From a virus: a stretch of 64,000 bases of DNA. Shown piece after piece: positions 46,553 to 56,682 of the stretch; within the stretch, counting starts at the first letter, position 1; each line of letters starts with the position of its first letter. The translations under genes and the position numbers were made by a program. Location of the stretch: the IMG/VR virus record IMGVR_UViG_3300032093_000013. One strand, written 5' to 3'. A model generated the notes under the pieces. That model did no database searches and was not told where the DNA came from. It saw nothing but the letters and a program-made list of their open reading frames with translations.

Positions 46553-46849
46553 TTAAACAACCACTGGTTTTCCTTGACCTTCTGGAAGTTTTATCTGAAG
46601 TAGTTCTTTCACTTCCCAAGAACCACCAACTCCACCATCCATATTCACAACAATCTCATTAGTCGTAAGTGCTTTAGGAATCTCAACATTCACGACAGGT
46701 CCCATTAGAAACTTATTGCGAGTATAAGTTCTGTTCTGTGAATCAAAGGCAACCATATTCAGAGCGTCCATTTCATCACCACAGTCCAGAATCTTTCTTC
46801 CAGTTCTTTTATCAATCACTGAAAAATATTCATCACGATACTTGTTCAT
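46553..46849 (-). CDS. Conserved cyanophage hypothetical protein
   Basis: ORF track; TGRKILDCG.E.DA. Confidence 0.65.
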   Translation of the reverse strand: MNKYRDEYFSVIDKRTGRKILDCGDEMDALNMVAFDSQNRTYTRNKFLMGPVVNVEIPKALTTNEIVVNMDGGVGGSWEVKELLQIKLPEGQGKPVVV

Positions 46850-46958
46850 CTTCTATTTCCTTTTCTTCATTATAAGATGGTTCTGGTTTTCTGTAAAGAC
46901 CTGGCCAAGTGTCACGAATAATCTCTGCGAGTTTATAAGGAGTTTCAGAAGTTATCAT
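46833..46958 (-). CDS. 41-aa hypothetical protein downstream of psbD
   Basis: Manual translation MITSETPYKLAEIIRDTWPGLYRKPEPSYNEEKEIEDEQVS. Confidence 0.6.
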   Translation of the reverse strand: MITSETPYKLAEIIRDTWPGLYRKPEPSYNEEKEIEDEQVS

Positions 46959-46975
46959 AGTTGTCTTAAGTTAAG

Positions 46976-46999
46976 AAAAAAGACCCCGAAGGGTCTTTG
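46976..46999 (-). terminator. psbD terminator
   Basis: AAAGACCC-ttcg-GGGTCTTT plus U-run. Confidence 0.85.
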
Positions 47000-47025
47000 C
47001 GTTTTCGCAGGGTATTATATTTTTA

Positions 47026-48087
47026 TCACAAGGCATTTCCTCGGGGCAATACCTCATCTGGAAATACGAACCGTTCTCCTGGTTGGTCTATTGGGGCTAA
47101 CCAAGCACGAAGTCCCTCATTTAAAAGCACATTTTTTGTGTAAAATGTCTCGAATTCGGGATCTTCTGCTGCTCTAATTTCCTGACTAACAAAGTCGTAT
47201 GCACGAAGGTTGAGAGCAAGACCGATGATGCCAATAGAGGAAGTCCAGAGGCCCATAACGGGAACAAAAAGCATAAAGAAATGCAACCAACGTTTATTGC
47301 TAAAAGCAATACCAAAGATCTGAGACCAGAATCTGTTAGCCGTAACCATAGAATACGTCTCTTCCTCTTGAGTCGGTTCAAATGCTTTGAAAGTGTTTGC
47401 CTGTTCACTGTCTTCAAATAATGTGTTTTCGACTGTTGCTCCATGAATTGCACAGAGCAGTGCTCCTCCCAGTATACCAGCAACTCCCATCATGTGGAAG
47501 GGGTTGAGGGTCCAGTTGTGGAAACCCTGAAGAAACAGAAGGAACCTGAAAATTGCAGCAACTCCAAAAGAAGGTGCAAAGAACCAACTGGATTGTCCCA
47601 GTGGATACATTAGAAACACAGAAACAAATACTGCAATAGGACCAGAGAATGCGATTGCATTATAAGGTCTGATACCCACCAGACGAGCAATCTCAAACTG
47701 GCGAAGCATAAAACCAATCAGACTAAAGGCCCCGTGGAGCGCCACAAAAGTCCAGAGTCCCCCAAGTTGGAACCACCTGACGATATCCCCTTGAGCCTCA
47801 GGACCCCAGAGCAGAAGAAGAGAATGACCCATAGCGTCTGCTGGAGTACTAACTGCCGCAGTAAGAAAGTTTGCACCCTCAAGATAGGAACTTGCCAACC
47901 CGTGAGTATACCAACTCGTAACGAAAGTTGTCCCAGTAAGCCAACCACCAAGAGCAAGGTAAGCAGTGGGAAAAAGAAGAAGTCCAGACCAGCCAACAAA
48001 AACGAAACGATCTCTCTTAAGCCAATCATCCAGGACATCGAACCACCCCCTTTGTGAAATAGGTCGTGAAAGTGTAGAAGAAGTCAT
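47026..48087 (-). CDS. psbD: Photosystem II D2 protein
   Basis: [21 protein letters not shown]...EVLPRGNAL. Confidence 0.99.
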   Translation of the reverse strand: MTSSTLSRPISQRGWFDVLDDWLKRDRFVFVGWSGLLLFPTAYLALGGWLTGTTFVTSWYTHGLASSYLEGANFLTAAVSTPADAMGHSLLLLWGPEAQGDIVRWFQLGGLWTFVALHGAFSLIGFMLRQFEIARLVGIRPYNAIAFSGPIAVFVSVFLMYPLGQSSWFFAPSFGVAAIFRFLLFLQGFHNWTLNPFHMMGVAGILGGALLCAIHGATVENTLFEDSEQANTFKAFEPTQEEETYSMVTANRFWSQIFGIAFSNKRWLHFFMLFVPVMGLWTSSIGIIGLALNLRAYDFVSQEIRAAEDPEFETFYTKNVLLNEGLRAWLAPIDQPGERFVFPDEVLPRGNAL

Positions 48088-48139
48088 AGCCTCCTTTTGT
48101 TATTTCTCATATTTATGTTAACATTCCTTAATAAAAAAG

Positions 48140-48511
48140 TCAATGAGTATTAGTGCTTAAATACTCAATCATTGCTTGGAGAGTGCTTACATTATCTCCA
48201 ACAAGACCAAGAGCAGTGTTGCAATTATTACAAAGAACACCACGAACCTTATTTGTAGAGTGGCAGTGGTCTATACATTTCTTTGTCAGTTCTACATTAC
48301 ATATCTGACAGTTCTCATTCTTCATCAAGTCATTATATTGGTCCTCCGTGAGTTTAAACTTGCGTCTGGCATATTCGTGAGTTTTATAATACTGTCTGCG
48401 AACTTCTCTTTCGCAGTCCTTACATTTTGATTGAACACCAGAAGGTCTACTGCTTCTTTTAGAGAACCCATCAAGTTCTTTTATTTGTCCGCATCTGCTA
48501 CAAGTTTTCAT
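48140..48511 (-). mobile_element. Free-standing endonuclease VII-type homing endonuclease (F-CphI-like)
   Basis: CQIC..IDHCH....VRGVLCNNCNTALG plus an N-terminal Zn finger; between psbA and psbD; TATAAATA at 48538-48545. Confidence 0.85.
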
Positions 48512-48556
48512 TATGGTATGGAAGTTTGGTATGGAAATATTTATACATTATAGCAT

Positions 48557-48583
48557 AAAAAAAGAGACCCGTGAGGGTCTCTA
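48557..48583 (-). terminator. psbA terminator
   Basis: AGAGACCC-tcac-GGGTCTCT plus U-run. Confidence 0.85.
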
Positions 48584-48589
48584 ATTTTA

Positions 48590-49923
48590 TTAACCGATTG
48601 TGGGAGCAGTAAGAGCAACTGGAGTTGCTTCTGCTGCAGCAAGGTCAAGAGGGAAGTTGTGGGCGTTTCTTTCATGCCGTTATTGTTATCGTAAAGACTC
48701 TTTATTCTTTACTTCTCTATGTCGCCATAGAGTCCAGACTATCTCTTCATCCGTTCTGGATGCTGGGCATTCGTGGGTAGATTATTGTTGGAACTCACTA
48801 CCTAGTCGTTAGACCTGCCGAAGAACCTATGTCCTCTTCGGATTGGTACGGGATTGTCTACTTGAGAGTTTCCCCGTTTAACCCAGTTTCGTCAAGAAAC
48901 ATTCCTGTTTCAGGGTGACTACATTTAAGAAATCACTTCCATGCCGAGTCCAGCACGGTTGAGAACATCAGCCCAAGTGTTGATAACTTTACCCTGACTA
49001 TCAACGATAGATTGGTTAAAGTTAAAACCATTCAGGTTAAATGCCATCGTGGAAACACCAAGAGCGGTGAACCAGATGCCTACAACAGGCCAAGCAGCAA
49101 GGAAGAAGTGCAGCGAACGGGAGTTATTAAAGGAAGCATATTGGAAAATAAGGCGTCCGAAATAACCGTGAGCAGCAACGATGTTATAAGTCTCTTCTTC
49201 TTGACCAAACTTGTAACCATAGTTCTGCGACTCAGACTCAGTGGTTTCACGAACCAGCGAGGAAGTCACAAGAGAACCGTGCATTGCACTAAACAGAGAA
49301 CCACCGAAGACACCAGCAACTCCAAGCATGTGGAAGGGGTGCATCAGAATGTTGTGCTCTGCCTGGAACACAAGCATGTAGTTGAAAGTACCAGAGATAC
49401 CCAGAGGCATCGCATCAGAGAAAGAACCTTGACCGAAAGGATAGACCAGGAATACAGCAGATGCAGCAGCAACAGGTGCGCTATAAGCAACACAGATCCA
49501 AGGACGCATACCCAGGCGGTAGGAAAGTTCCCATTCACGACCCATATAGGCGTAGATACCAATCAGGAAGTGGAACACAACCAGTTGGAAAGGACCACCG
49601 TTGTAGAGCCACTCATCTAGAGAAGCAGCTTCCCAGATAGGATAGAAGTGCAGTCCAATAGCATTGGACGAAGGAATCACAGCACCAGAGATGATGTTGT
49701 TTCCGTACATAAGAGAACCAGCAACGGGTTCACGAATACCATCGATGTCCACAGGAGGGGCAGCGATAAAGGCAACGATGAAGCAGATGGTAGCAGCAAG
49801 CAGACAAGGAATCATCAGAACGCCGAACCAACCCACATAGAGGCGGTTATCGGTGCTGGTGACCCACTGGCAAAACTGTTCCCAAGTATTTGATTGTCGT
49901 TGTTGAGCGATTGAAGCAGTCAT
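48590..49923 (-). CDS. psbA: Photosystem II D1 protein, spliced (exon 1 49923-48932, exon 2 48677-48590; 359 aa)
   Basis: Joining AT|G restores [19 protein letters not shown]; 992+88=1080 nt in frame; MGREWE indicates the E130 high-light D1 type. Confidence 0.97.
48678..48931 (-). mobile_element. Group I self-splicing intron, 254 nt, no internal ORF
   Basis: Exon ends in U and intron ends in G; P1 GUGAU/GUCAC with a U-G pair, P3 CUGGGU/GCCCAG, P4 CGGG/CCCG, P7 GACUA/UAGUC and P9 CUCUAUG/CAUAGAG. Confidence 0.93.
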
Positions 49924-49937
49924 TTGTTTTTAAAAGG

Positions 49938-50045
49938 ATAGTAAGACCATCAGGGAAATGGTGGAGATACTATGCTCCCCGCACCCTTAGCGGGGATATG
50001 AGAGACGTAATTTATACACCCATAGGTCTCGGTTAACGGGTGTTT
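49938..50045 (-). ncRNA. PhotoRC-II-like RNA motif in the psbA leader
   Basis: ACCGAGAC..GUCUC, CCCCGC/GCGGGG hairpin and ACCAU..CUGAUGGUCUUAC directly 5' of psbA; recalled resemblance to the cyanophage psbA leader motif. Confidence 0.7.
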
Positions 50046-50088
50046 GACAGTGTTACAATCTGTTAGGGATTCATAACATTTGTTTACC

Positions 50089-50122
50089 TATTTATCATAC
50101 TACGATCTGGTTCTGGTGTCAA
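50089..50122 (-). promoter_or_regulatory. psbA promoter (sigma70 with overlapping late box)
   Basis: TTGACA-17-TATGAT overlapping TAAATA. Confidence 0.75.
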
Positions 50123-50283
50123 GCCCTGTATTCTTCGATTTTTTCCAATACCTTGTTCAGATAATGATGCGCCAACCACTTTGGATCATACCCAGACTTA
50201 TTCATCCACTCTTTTTCCAAGTCTGCCTTTAATTTAATAATCTCACACTTAACAATATCTTTGGTCAGGTGTCCGCGTGGCAT
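50119..50283 (-). CDS. 54-aa hypothetical protein
   Basis: Manual translation MPRGHLTKDIVKCEIIKLK...AHHYLNKVLEKIEEYRA. Confidence 0.65.
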   Translation of the reverse strand: MPRGHLTKDIVKCEIIKLKADLEKEWMNKSGYDPKWLAHHYLNKVLEKIEEYRA

Positions 50284-50342
50284 AATACTAAAAAACTCTG
50301 CTGCTTATTTAGCAACAGAGTTAAGTATTATGAAGTCTTATA

Positions 50343-50870
50343 TCAAACAGTAGTACCGACTTTCACATTTGCGGACACATACTCTAGAACATTTTCTGGA
50401 GTAGTCTGCTCATAAGGGTCGGAGTCGGCATTGTCCCGTTGCCCCACTTCCACGAATAGTTTCTCGATGACTCCGTTATCCACGACTGCAGCATAACGCC
50501 AAGAGCGGTCACCGAAACCAAGGTTAGACTTGCTGACAAGCATTCCCATAGAACGTGTGAAGTAAGCATTGCCGTCTGGAATGAGTTTGACATTAGCAAT
50601 ATTCTGGTCCTTAGCCCAGGCATTCATAACAAACCCATCATTAACAGAGATGCAATAAATGTCATCAATGCCAAGTCCAATAAAATCTTCGTACTTCTCT
50701 TCAAATCCAGGCAGTTGATAAGCAGAGCAAGTAGGAGTGAATGCACCAGGCAGACTGAAAATAACCACACGCTTACCATCGAAAAGATCTGCGGAGGTAC
50801 GAGTTACAAATTCACTAGACTCACGAAAAGTGAATTGAACTTGAGGAACTTGATAACCATCACTACGCAT
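50343..50870 (-). CDS. Peroxiredoxin (type II / Prx5-like)
   Basis: FSLPGAFTPTCS, ISVND.FVMNAW and RSWRYA motifs. Confidence 0.93.
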   Translation of the reverse strand: MRSDGYQVPQVQFTFRESSEFVTRTSADLFDGKRVVIFSLPGAFTPTCSAYQLPGFEEKYEDFIGLGIDDIYCISVNDGFVMNAWAKDQNIANVKLIPDGNAYFTRSMGMLVSKSNLGFGDRSWRYAAVVDNGVIEKLFVEVGQRDNADSDPYEQTTPENVLEYVSANVKVGTTV

Positions 50871-50881
50871 TTTTACCTCCA

Positions 50882-50989
50882 TCACCAAATACCAGGGATA
50901 ATCTGACCAGTAGCAGCATAGCTACCCATCGCAGCAATAATACCGATCATTGCTGCCCAACCGTTAATACGTTCTGCTCTTTCGTTCAT
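50882..50989 (-). CDS. hli: High-light-inducible protein (35 aa)
   Basis: Manual translation MNERAERINGWAAMIGIIAAMGSYAATGQIIPGIW. Confidence 0.92.
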   Translation of the reverse strand: MNERAERINGWAAMIGIIAAMGSYAATGQIIPGIW

Positions 50990-51249
50990 TGTTTTTCTCC
51001 TTTATAAGGGTGTTGTTGTTTAAGTTCTGGATTGGGTTGGGAGAAGACCATAGGACTTCTGGTTTTATTTTTGATAACAATAAAAGCGTCGTTCTGATAC
51101 GATACGGTTCCAAATGGCTTCGCCCACTTTGCATTTGCGTCTGGGTGAGTCGCAGTTCCAGTTACTGCTACGCCACCAATCTCAACAGAGAGTTCATCGT
51201 TGGCGTCCCATCCCAGTTTTTCAAGGGCAAGTGCAAACTGCCCAAGCAT
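50986..51249 (-). CDS. Conserved cyanophage hypothetical protein
   Basis: MLGQFALALEKLGW..; start moved to avoid overlap with petF. Confidence 0.65.
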   Translation of the reverse strand: MLGQFALALEKLGWDANDELSVEIGGVAVTGTATHPDANAKWAKPFGTVSYQNDAFIVIKNKTRSPMVFSQPNPELKQQHPYKGEKQ

Positions 51250-51257
51250 TCCAGCGG

Positions 51258-51551
<294 letters not shown>

Positions 51552-51638
51552 TTAGTAAGTATCTGATAGTTGATTGACTGAGTGTGCCAGTAAAACAAAA
51601 AAGGCAACACTAGTCATTGTAAAGATAATTGAAGTCAT
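51552..51638 (-). CDS. 28-aa single-TM peptide
   Basis: Manual translation MTSIIFTMTSVAFFVLLAHSVNQLSDTY; fills the hli-petF gap. Confidence 0.5.
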   Translation of the reverse strand: MTSIIFTMTSVAFFVLLAHSVNQLSDTY

Positions 51639-51647
51639 TGTCAAGTA

Positions 51648-51857
51648 TCAGAAGAGTCCGAAGAAGAGTTTTCCTGTTGCTGCATAAGAGATAAAACCAG
51701 CCACGATCCCAAGCATAGCCCAGCGACCATTAGTGGATTCAGCGCGTTCAGCATAACTTTTCATCCCATACTTTTTTGCGTCTTCGTCGGAAATATAAAC
51801 AGGAGGCTCAATTGCCCACATATTCTGTTGTCCACGATCATTAGTCGTAACAGTCAT
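51648..51857 (-). CDS. hli: High-light-inducible protein
   Basis: AESTNGRWAMLG..TGKLFFGLF. Confidence 0.92.
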   Translation of the reverse strand: MTVTTNDRGQQNMWAIEPPVYISDEDAKKYGMKSYAERAESTNGRWAMLGIVAGFISYAATGKLFFGLF

Positions 51858-51866
51858 TGTAGTTTT

Positions 51867-51913
51867 GTTAAGAAACATTACATAATTATATAGGAAATCT
51901 TAAGACCTGTCAA
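51867..51913 (-). promoter_or_regulatory. Sigma70 promoter of the hli-petF-prx operon with an HLR1-like repeat
   Basis: TTGACA-17-TATAAT; GTTAAGAA-AC-ATTACATA (plus strand) over the start site. Confidence 0.65.
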
Positions 51914-52698
51914 GGTGTCTGTGAGGATTCGGTAATACGACCCAAATAAGGATCATAATTCATCAAATCGTCTATCTTCATATCATGACCCTGCTGCTCC
52001 CAAAATTGCAGAAGTCCGTCATGACTTGCTCTGTGAAAAACATCAATGTGCTCCGGATGAATTGAAGACCCCAATTCAATTCGATAAAGAAAAATAGGAA
52101 TCGAATACGTATTTCCAGAATTATAAACCAAATCATCAGCAACTGCTCTAGGTTTTACGCCATTATCAAGTTTATACTTATCATCACGAACGTGAAACTT
52201 AAGGAGTTTTTCTGCGTGATGACGAGTAATCATATATGCAGCAGTAGAGAAATCATTGACGAATCTCTTGTGCAACTTAACGTGCAAATCTCCAGTGCAG
52301 ATAATTGCAAGTTGCACTACATCCCAATCATAAGGAATCTTGGAAACAAAATCCGCCCAAGTGAAATCCCAAAATCTTGCAAGTTGAAGATCAACATCAT
52401 CTTCCATAATGATTGCATATGGAGAGTCAGAGGTTTCATACCAATGCTTAATTGCCTTTAGATGAGAAGTTGTGCAACCAATCTCCCCAGAAGTCATTGT
52501 GTCTGGGTATCTACCTTTAATGATATCTCCCAAGTCATCATCACGACCATCATAAGCAGAGATGTGAGTATAATTCTCAATCTCCCAATACTTAAATTGG
52601 TCCTCCATATATTGTTTTCTTTCTGGTTGACCATCTAAATTCAAGTAATAGATTGGTCCAATATTTTTAAGTTTATATGCTGATTTGTTTTTGTCCAT
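51910..52698 (-). CDS. Glycosyltransferase family 25-like
   Basis: YYLNLD...R..ISAYDG..GEIGC..SH..IIMEDD. Confidence 0.85.
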   Translation of the reverse strand: MDKNKSAYKLKNIGPIYYLNLDGQPERKQYMEDQFKYWEIENYTHISAYDGRDDDLGDIIKGRYPDTMTSGEIGCTTSHLKAIKHWYETSDSPYAIIMEDDVDLQLARFWDFTWADFVSKIPYDWDVVQLAIICTGDLHVKLHKRFVNDFSTAAYMITRHHAEKLLKFHVRDDKYKLDNGVKPRAVADDLVYNSGNTYSIPIFLYRIELGSSIHPEHIDVFHRASHDGLLQFWEQQGHDMKIDDLMNYDPYLGRITESSQTP

Positions 52699-53504
52699 CA
52701 CATTCTCATCCATCTTTCTGGAATTAAATCTTTAGTGTTTTTATCTTTACAGGTTTCCCCAAACCAATTTATAGGTGCAACGACGTGGTTAGAATTAGAC
52801 AACCAAGCACCCCACCAGGAGAATGAGGAATTAGCAATAATATGATGTTTGCACAGGGACATTAGACACAGGTCAACATACTGGTCTCCAGATTCAGAAA
52901 CCATAAAACGCTCATCTGAAAATACCTCCTGCTCTTTACACCATTCTGGTTCATCAGAAAAAATAATGACTGGAAGACTAGTATCAAAATTCTTCAATGC
53001 TTCTTCATAATAATTCAAGTCAAGAGCAGTGTGATTTGGATTTTGAAGGTAGTCTGTGCGACGAATATGAAGACTGATTGCATCACCAACAGACCCCACC
53101 ATTTCTTTGCAAGGTTCTAGAATCTCATCCTTGAAAGAAAAGTCAACCCGAATCTCATCTTCAATATGTGCGAAATATTTTTCTGACTGAAAAAATCCAG
53201 CAAGAGTAATTTCATCCGGACACATATTGAAGAGAATCTCATCAAAGTGAAAATGCCTTTCTTCTGCTACTGGAGCATATCCCCTATCAAGAAGTTTAAT
53301 GTTATGAGGAAGGACATACGACATCTTAAATGGATAGAAGATTTCAATCTTCAAATCAAACCCATAAGGGTCCTTAACAACTTGACTATGATTTGGAATA
53401 CAAAAATCATATCCTCGATTGCGGGCAATACCTCTTAAAGAGGCATACTGAAACATTTGATTTCCTAATCTGCCCAGTCTACCAAGATGATTAAACGCCA
53501 GCAT
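52698..53504 (-). CDS. Glycosyltransferase family 11 (alpha-1,2-fucosyltransferase-like)
   Basis: GRLGNQMFQYA, HIRRTDY, FSD, IIANSSFSWWGAWL. Confidence 0.92.
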   Translation of the reverse strand: MLAFNHLGRLGRLGNQMFQYASLRGIARNRGYDFCIPNHSQVVKDPYGFDLKIEIFYPFKMSYVLPHNIKLLDRGYAPVAEERHFHFDEILFNMCPDEITLAGFFQSEKYFAHIEDEIRVDFSFKDEILEPCKEMVGSVGDAISLHIRRTDYLQNPNHTALDLNYYEEALKNFDTSLPVIIFSDEPEWCKEQEVFSDERFMVSESGDQYVDLCLMSLCKHHIIANSSFSWWGAWLSNSNHVVAPINWFGETCKDKNTKDLIPERWMRM

Positions 53505-54315
53505 TCAATTGTCCCCTTCTTTCTTTAACATAATTTTGGTCTTCATAGTATCTTACTATAGCATCTTTATCCAGTGTGCGAATTACCTGCCAAAGATTAT
53601 GATTATCCATAAACTTTGGATTATGATAATGTGAATTAAAAGTTCTTGAGTGGTCAAAATGATAGACCACATCATTTACTCTTCCTACATTATATCCAAG
53701 TGCCTGCAAACGATAATAATATTCACAGTCTTCAGCACCCCAAGATATGAAGTTTTCATTCCACATATAAGAGTCAATATAAACCTGACGCTTAATCATT
53801 TGACCCCAACCCATTACAGAAGGTTGCAGTTTACAATTTGGTTGAATGACATTCAAGTCAAATTTAGATTGAATAAAAGAATCAAATAAAGAAACTGGAT
53901 AATCAACTGCCCACTGATAAACACCGCAACCATAAGGGTAGACTGCATCAAATCCACCCATAATCATATTATATGCAGTTACATAACTTGATACTGGATA
54001 GACAACATCGACATCATAATTATAAACTACTTCTGTATTTGAAGCAAGAAGCAAGTCATTTAAAATTCTTGTTTTATAGAAAAACTTGTTTTCAGATTGC
54101 TCAAAGATGTGATAAAGATTTGTCGGAATATCTCCAAAGATTTTTTGAATGACTGGTAGTGCCTTGTCTTGAAAAACAGATTGCGTATCATTCTCCTTGA
54201 CAATAATGGGAGATTGTGGGAAATGGTGTGTGATATAACTGATTGAAGTGATAATGTTTTTCAGTCGGTCTTCACTTTCAATTCGACAAGGCATTAAGAA
54301 TGTAAGATTATTCAT
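53491..54315 (-). CDS. GT-A glycosyltransferase (GT2/GT7-like)
   Basis: YDVD (DxD) and NENFISWGAED motifs. Confidence 0.8.
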   Translation of the reverse strand: MNNLTFLMPCRIESEDRLKNIITSISYITHHFPQSPIIVKENDTQSVFQDKALPVIQKIFGDIPTNLYHIFEQSENKFFYKTRILNDLLLASNTEVVYNYDVDVVYPVSSYVTAYNMIMGGFDAVYPYGCGVYQWAVDYPVSLFDSFIQSKFDLNVIQPNCKLQPSVMGWGQMIKRQVYIDSYMWNENFISWGAEDCEYYYRLQALGYNVGRVNDVVYHFDHSRTFNSHYHNPKFMDNHNLWQVIRTLDKDAIVRYYEDQNYVKERRGQLNAGV

Positions 54316-55159
54316 AACTCACCTCCACCCAGTTCTCTGGCAGAAGGTCTTTCATATTGTAGTGATTATACATCGATCCAAACCAAGGATTCGGTGCGAC
54401 AATCGGTTGTGTAGGATTCTCAATCAACCAGGCACCCCACCAACTCATTGTGCTGTTGGCAATAATACCACCACCACACAGAGACATCATACACAAATCA
54501 AAGTAAGGAATCAATGCCTGCTGACGACCTTGAAGTGTATCACAAGTTTGAGGATACTTTTCAGTATATTCCGAGAGCATAAACCTATCGCCTTGAAATA
54601 ATTCCTGCTCTCCACACCATTCAATATCATCGGAGAATACAAGCACTGTAGAATTTTCATCAAAGTGAGTCAGTGCCTTCTCATAATATCCAATAGGACA
54701 GGCAGGATGTGCCTCTGGTTTGACCAGGTAATCTCCTCTCCTTACGTGAAGAAAAATCGGATTCTCAATCTCATCAATGATTTCTTTACAAGGTTCTAGA
54801 ATCTCATCTTTGAATATGTAATCTTTACGAATAATATCTTCCACATTCAAAAAATACTTTTCAGAGGTAAAGTAATCGTGAAGATTTACATTGTCTGGAC
54901 ACTTATCAAAAAACTCTTGGACAAAGTGAAACTCTCCCGTAGAAATACTGGGAGCATTTAAGATTCCAAAATTACTTTCCTGGACTGATTCCATCTTGAA
55001 ACAATCAAAAAGACCATAATTGGAATCTCCATAACTATCTGGACGAGGAATCAACCAATCAAATCCCCGATTTTTAGCAATACCACGAAGGGCAGCATAC
55101 TGAAACATTTGATTGCCCAGACGCCCATTAGAACCTAGTCGATTATAACTTATAGTCAT
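54308..55159 (-). CDS. Glycosyltransferase family 11
   Basis: GRLGNQMFQYA, HVRRGDY, IANSTMSWWGAWL. Confidence 0.92.
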   Translation of the reverse strand: MTISYNRLGSNGRLGNQMFQYAALRGIAKNRGFDWLIPRPDSYGDSNYGLFDCFKMESVQESNFGILNAPSISTGEFHFVQEFFDKCPDNVNLHDYFTSEKYFLNVEDIIRKDYIFKDEILEPCKEIIDEIENPIFLHVRRGDYLVKPEAHPACPIGYYEKALTHFDENSTVLVFSDDIEWCGEQELFQGDRFMLSEYTEKYPQTCDTLQGRQQALIPYFDLCMMSLCGGGIIANSTMSWWGAWLIENPTQPIVAPNPWFGSMYNHYNMKDLLPENWVEVSYE

Positions 55160-55962
55160 TTTTTAAAATAATTCAAATAGATAAAGTCTTCAAGAATTTC
55201 ATATTGCCGTACTCTCTCAAGATTATCTTTAATTGCTTCCATTTTATCATAATAAATGTCTTCTGACACATCAAACTCTTCCGTCAATGGAATGATTCCT
55301 TCAGAATTAAAATAATTGCCAATATCTGAAGATCCCATGTAAACAGGTATGGTACCCGAAGCAAAACAGTCAAGAATTTTTTCTGTAAAATAAGATTCGT
55401 AAAATCCGTTTTCAACAACTACAGAAAACATATAATCACAAAGACCCTCTTCTTTTAAACTAATCTCGTTTATTCCTCTTCCATACACATCAATCTGGTC
55501 ACCAATCATTTCTAACCAACGAAGTCGAAGTCTTTGCCCCTCAGTCATTGATTTATTAGATGATATCATTGAAATCATCTTAGTTTTTTTATAAATTTTT
55601 GGTTCTTGAATCCAAAATCCTTGAGCCGGACACCACTTAAATTTTGAATCAAGTTTGAGCAATTGTTGGTTATGAGTAAAAATAACATCAAAAGTATTCA
55701 AATAATCTTGAAGATTTCTCTCCACATCTTCTACAATTCTAGACTTGATGTATTTTGATTCTAATATCCAAGCATATTTTTTTCCACCAATGGTATCATT
55801 AAATGCCTGTGATATTGTATCGTCAACGTAAAATGTTTCGCCAATAGAATTATCGCGAACCCACTCAACATATTTTGATTCTTTACCATGCACGGAATAA
55901 CCTTTGTTTCCTCCAGTGAGATGAGTAAAGGTATCTCCGACTAAATTGAATTTTCTTTTCAT
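55156..55962 (-). CDS. Glycosyltransferase family 10-like
   Basis: YMFSVVVEN....YFTEKILDCF..GTIPVYMG. Confidence 0.8.
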   Translation of the reverse strand: MKRKFNLVGDTFTHLTGGNKGYSVHGKESKYVEWVRDNSIGETFYVDDTISQAFNDTIGGKKYAWILESKYIKSRIVEDVERNLQDYLNTFDVIFTHNQQLLKLDSKFKWCPAQGFWIQEPKIYKKTKMISMISSNKSMTEGQRLRLRWLEMIGDQIDVYGRGINEISLKEEGLCDYMFSVVVENGFYESYFTEKILDCFASGTIPVYMGSSDIGNYFNSEGIIPLTEEFDVSEDIYYDKMEAIKDNLERVRQYEILEDFIYLNYFKK

Positions 55963-56001
55963 AGATGATATAATATATAAATCTGATGTTAAATTAAAAC
56001 A

Positions 56002-56682
56002 ATGCGAGTCATATCCTTTTCATTATACGGCAATAATCCAAAATACACAATAGGTGCAATCAGAAATTCAGAATTAAAAGAAACGTATTTTCCTGGTTGG
56101 GAAATGAGAGTCTATCATAATGACTCTGTTCCAAACTATGTATTAGAGCAACTGGAAGCAAATAATGTTGTTTTGGTCAATACTGGAGTGGAGCAAGGTT
56201 TCTGTAATGCTATGTGGCGTTTTGCGCCAGCATCAGAAAAGGTAGAATGCTTCATCTCCAGAGATTGTGATTCTCGTTTATTTGAAAGAGATGCTGTAGC
56301 AGTTCAAGAATGGTTAGAATCTGGTAAGTGTTTTCATATCATTCGTGACCATCCTGGCGGTCACGCTTGGGAAATCAGTGCTGGTATGTGGGGAGCAAGA
56401 GGATGCTTTGTTGAGGATATTCAAGATAAAATTAACGAATATATTCAAACAAGTTCTTGGGTGAATGACCGAGCAGTAGACCAAAGATTCTTGCAAGAAG
56501 TTATTTACCCCAGAGCCTGTGAAAGTCTATTCTTACACGATGAATACTTTAATTATGAAGGTATTGGAACTCCAATTAAAAGAGACCGACAATTAGATGA
56601 CTTTGCCTTTATTGGAGAACCATTCGATGAAAATGATAATCAATTAGAAAATCATAGAGATATGATTATTCAAAGATATTGA
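56002..56682 (+). CDS. Putative glycosyltransferase-associated protein (GT-A-like)
   Basis: ISFSLYG..MWRF..ISRDCDSR..HIIRDHP..AGMWG..DQRFL; the only plus-strand gene in the island. Confidence 0.65.
   Translation: MRVISFSLYGNNPKYTIGAIRNSELKETYFPGWEMRVYHNDSVPNYVLEQLEANNVVLVNTGVEQGFCNAMWRFAPASEKVECFISRDCDSRLFERDAVAVQEWLESGKCFHIIRDHPGGHAWEISAGMWGARGCFVEDIQDKINEYIQTSSWVNDRAVDQRFLQEVIYPRACESLFLHDEYFNYEGIGTPIKRDRQLDDFAFIGEPFDENDNQLENHRDMIIQRY

Noticed and set aside
47121-49893. Antisense and alternative-frame ORFs over psbA and psbD, including 48600-48812 and 49012-49620
   Set aside because: They are by-products of biased codon usage and have no independent expression signals.
48925-49923. psbA as a truncated 332-aa pseudogene (ORF track)
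   Set aside because: The missing C-terminus is present in frame beyond a well-formed group I intron.
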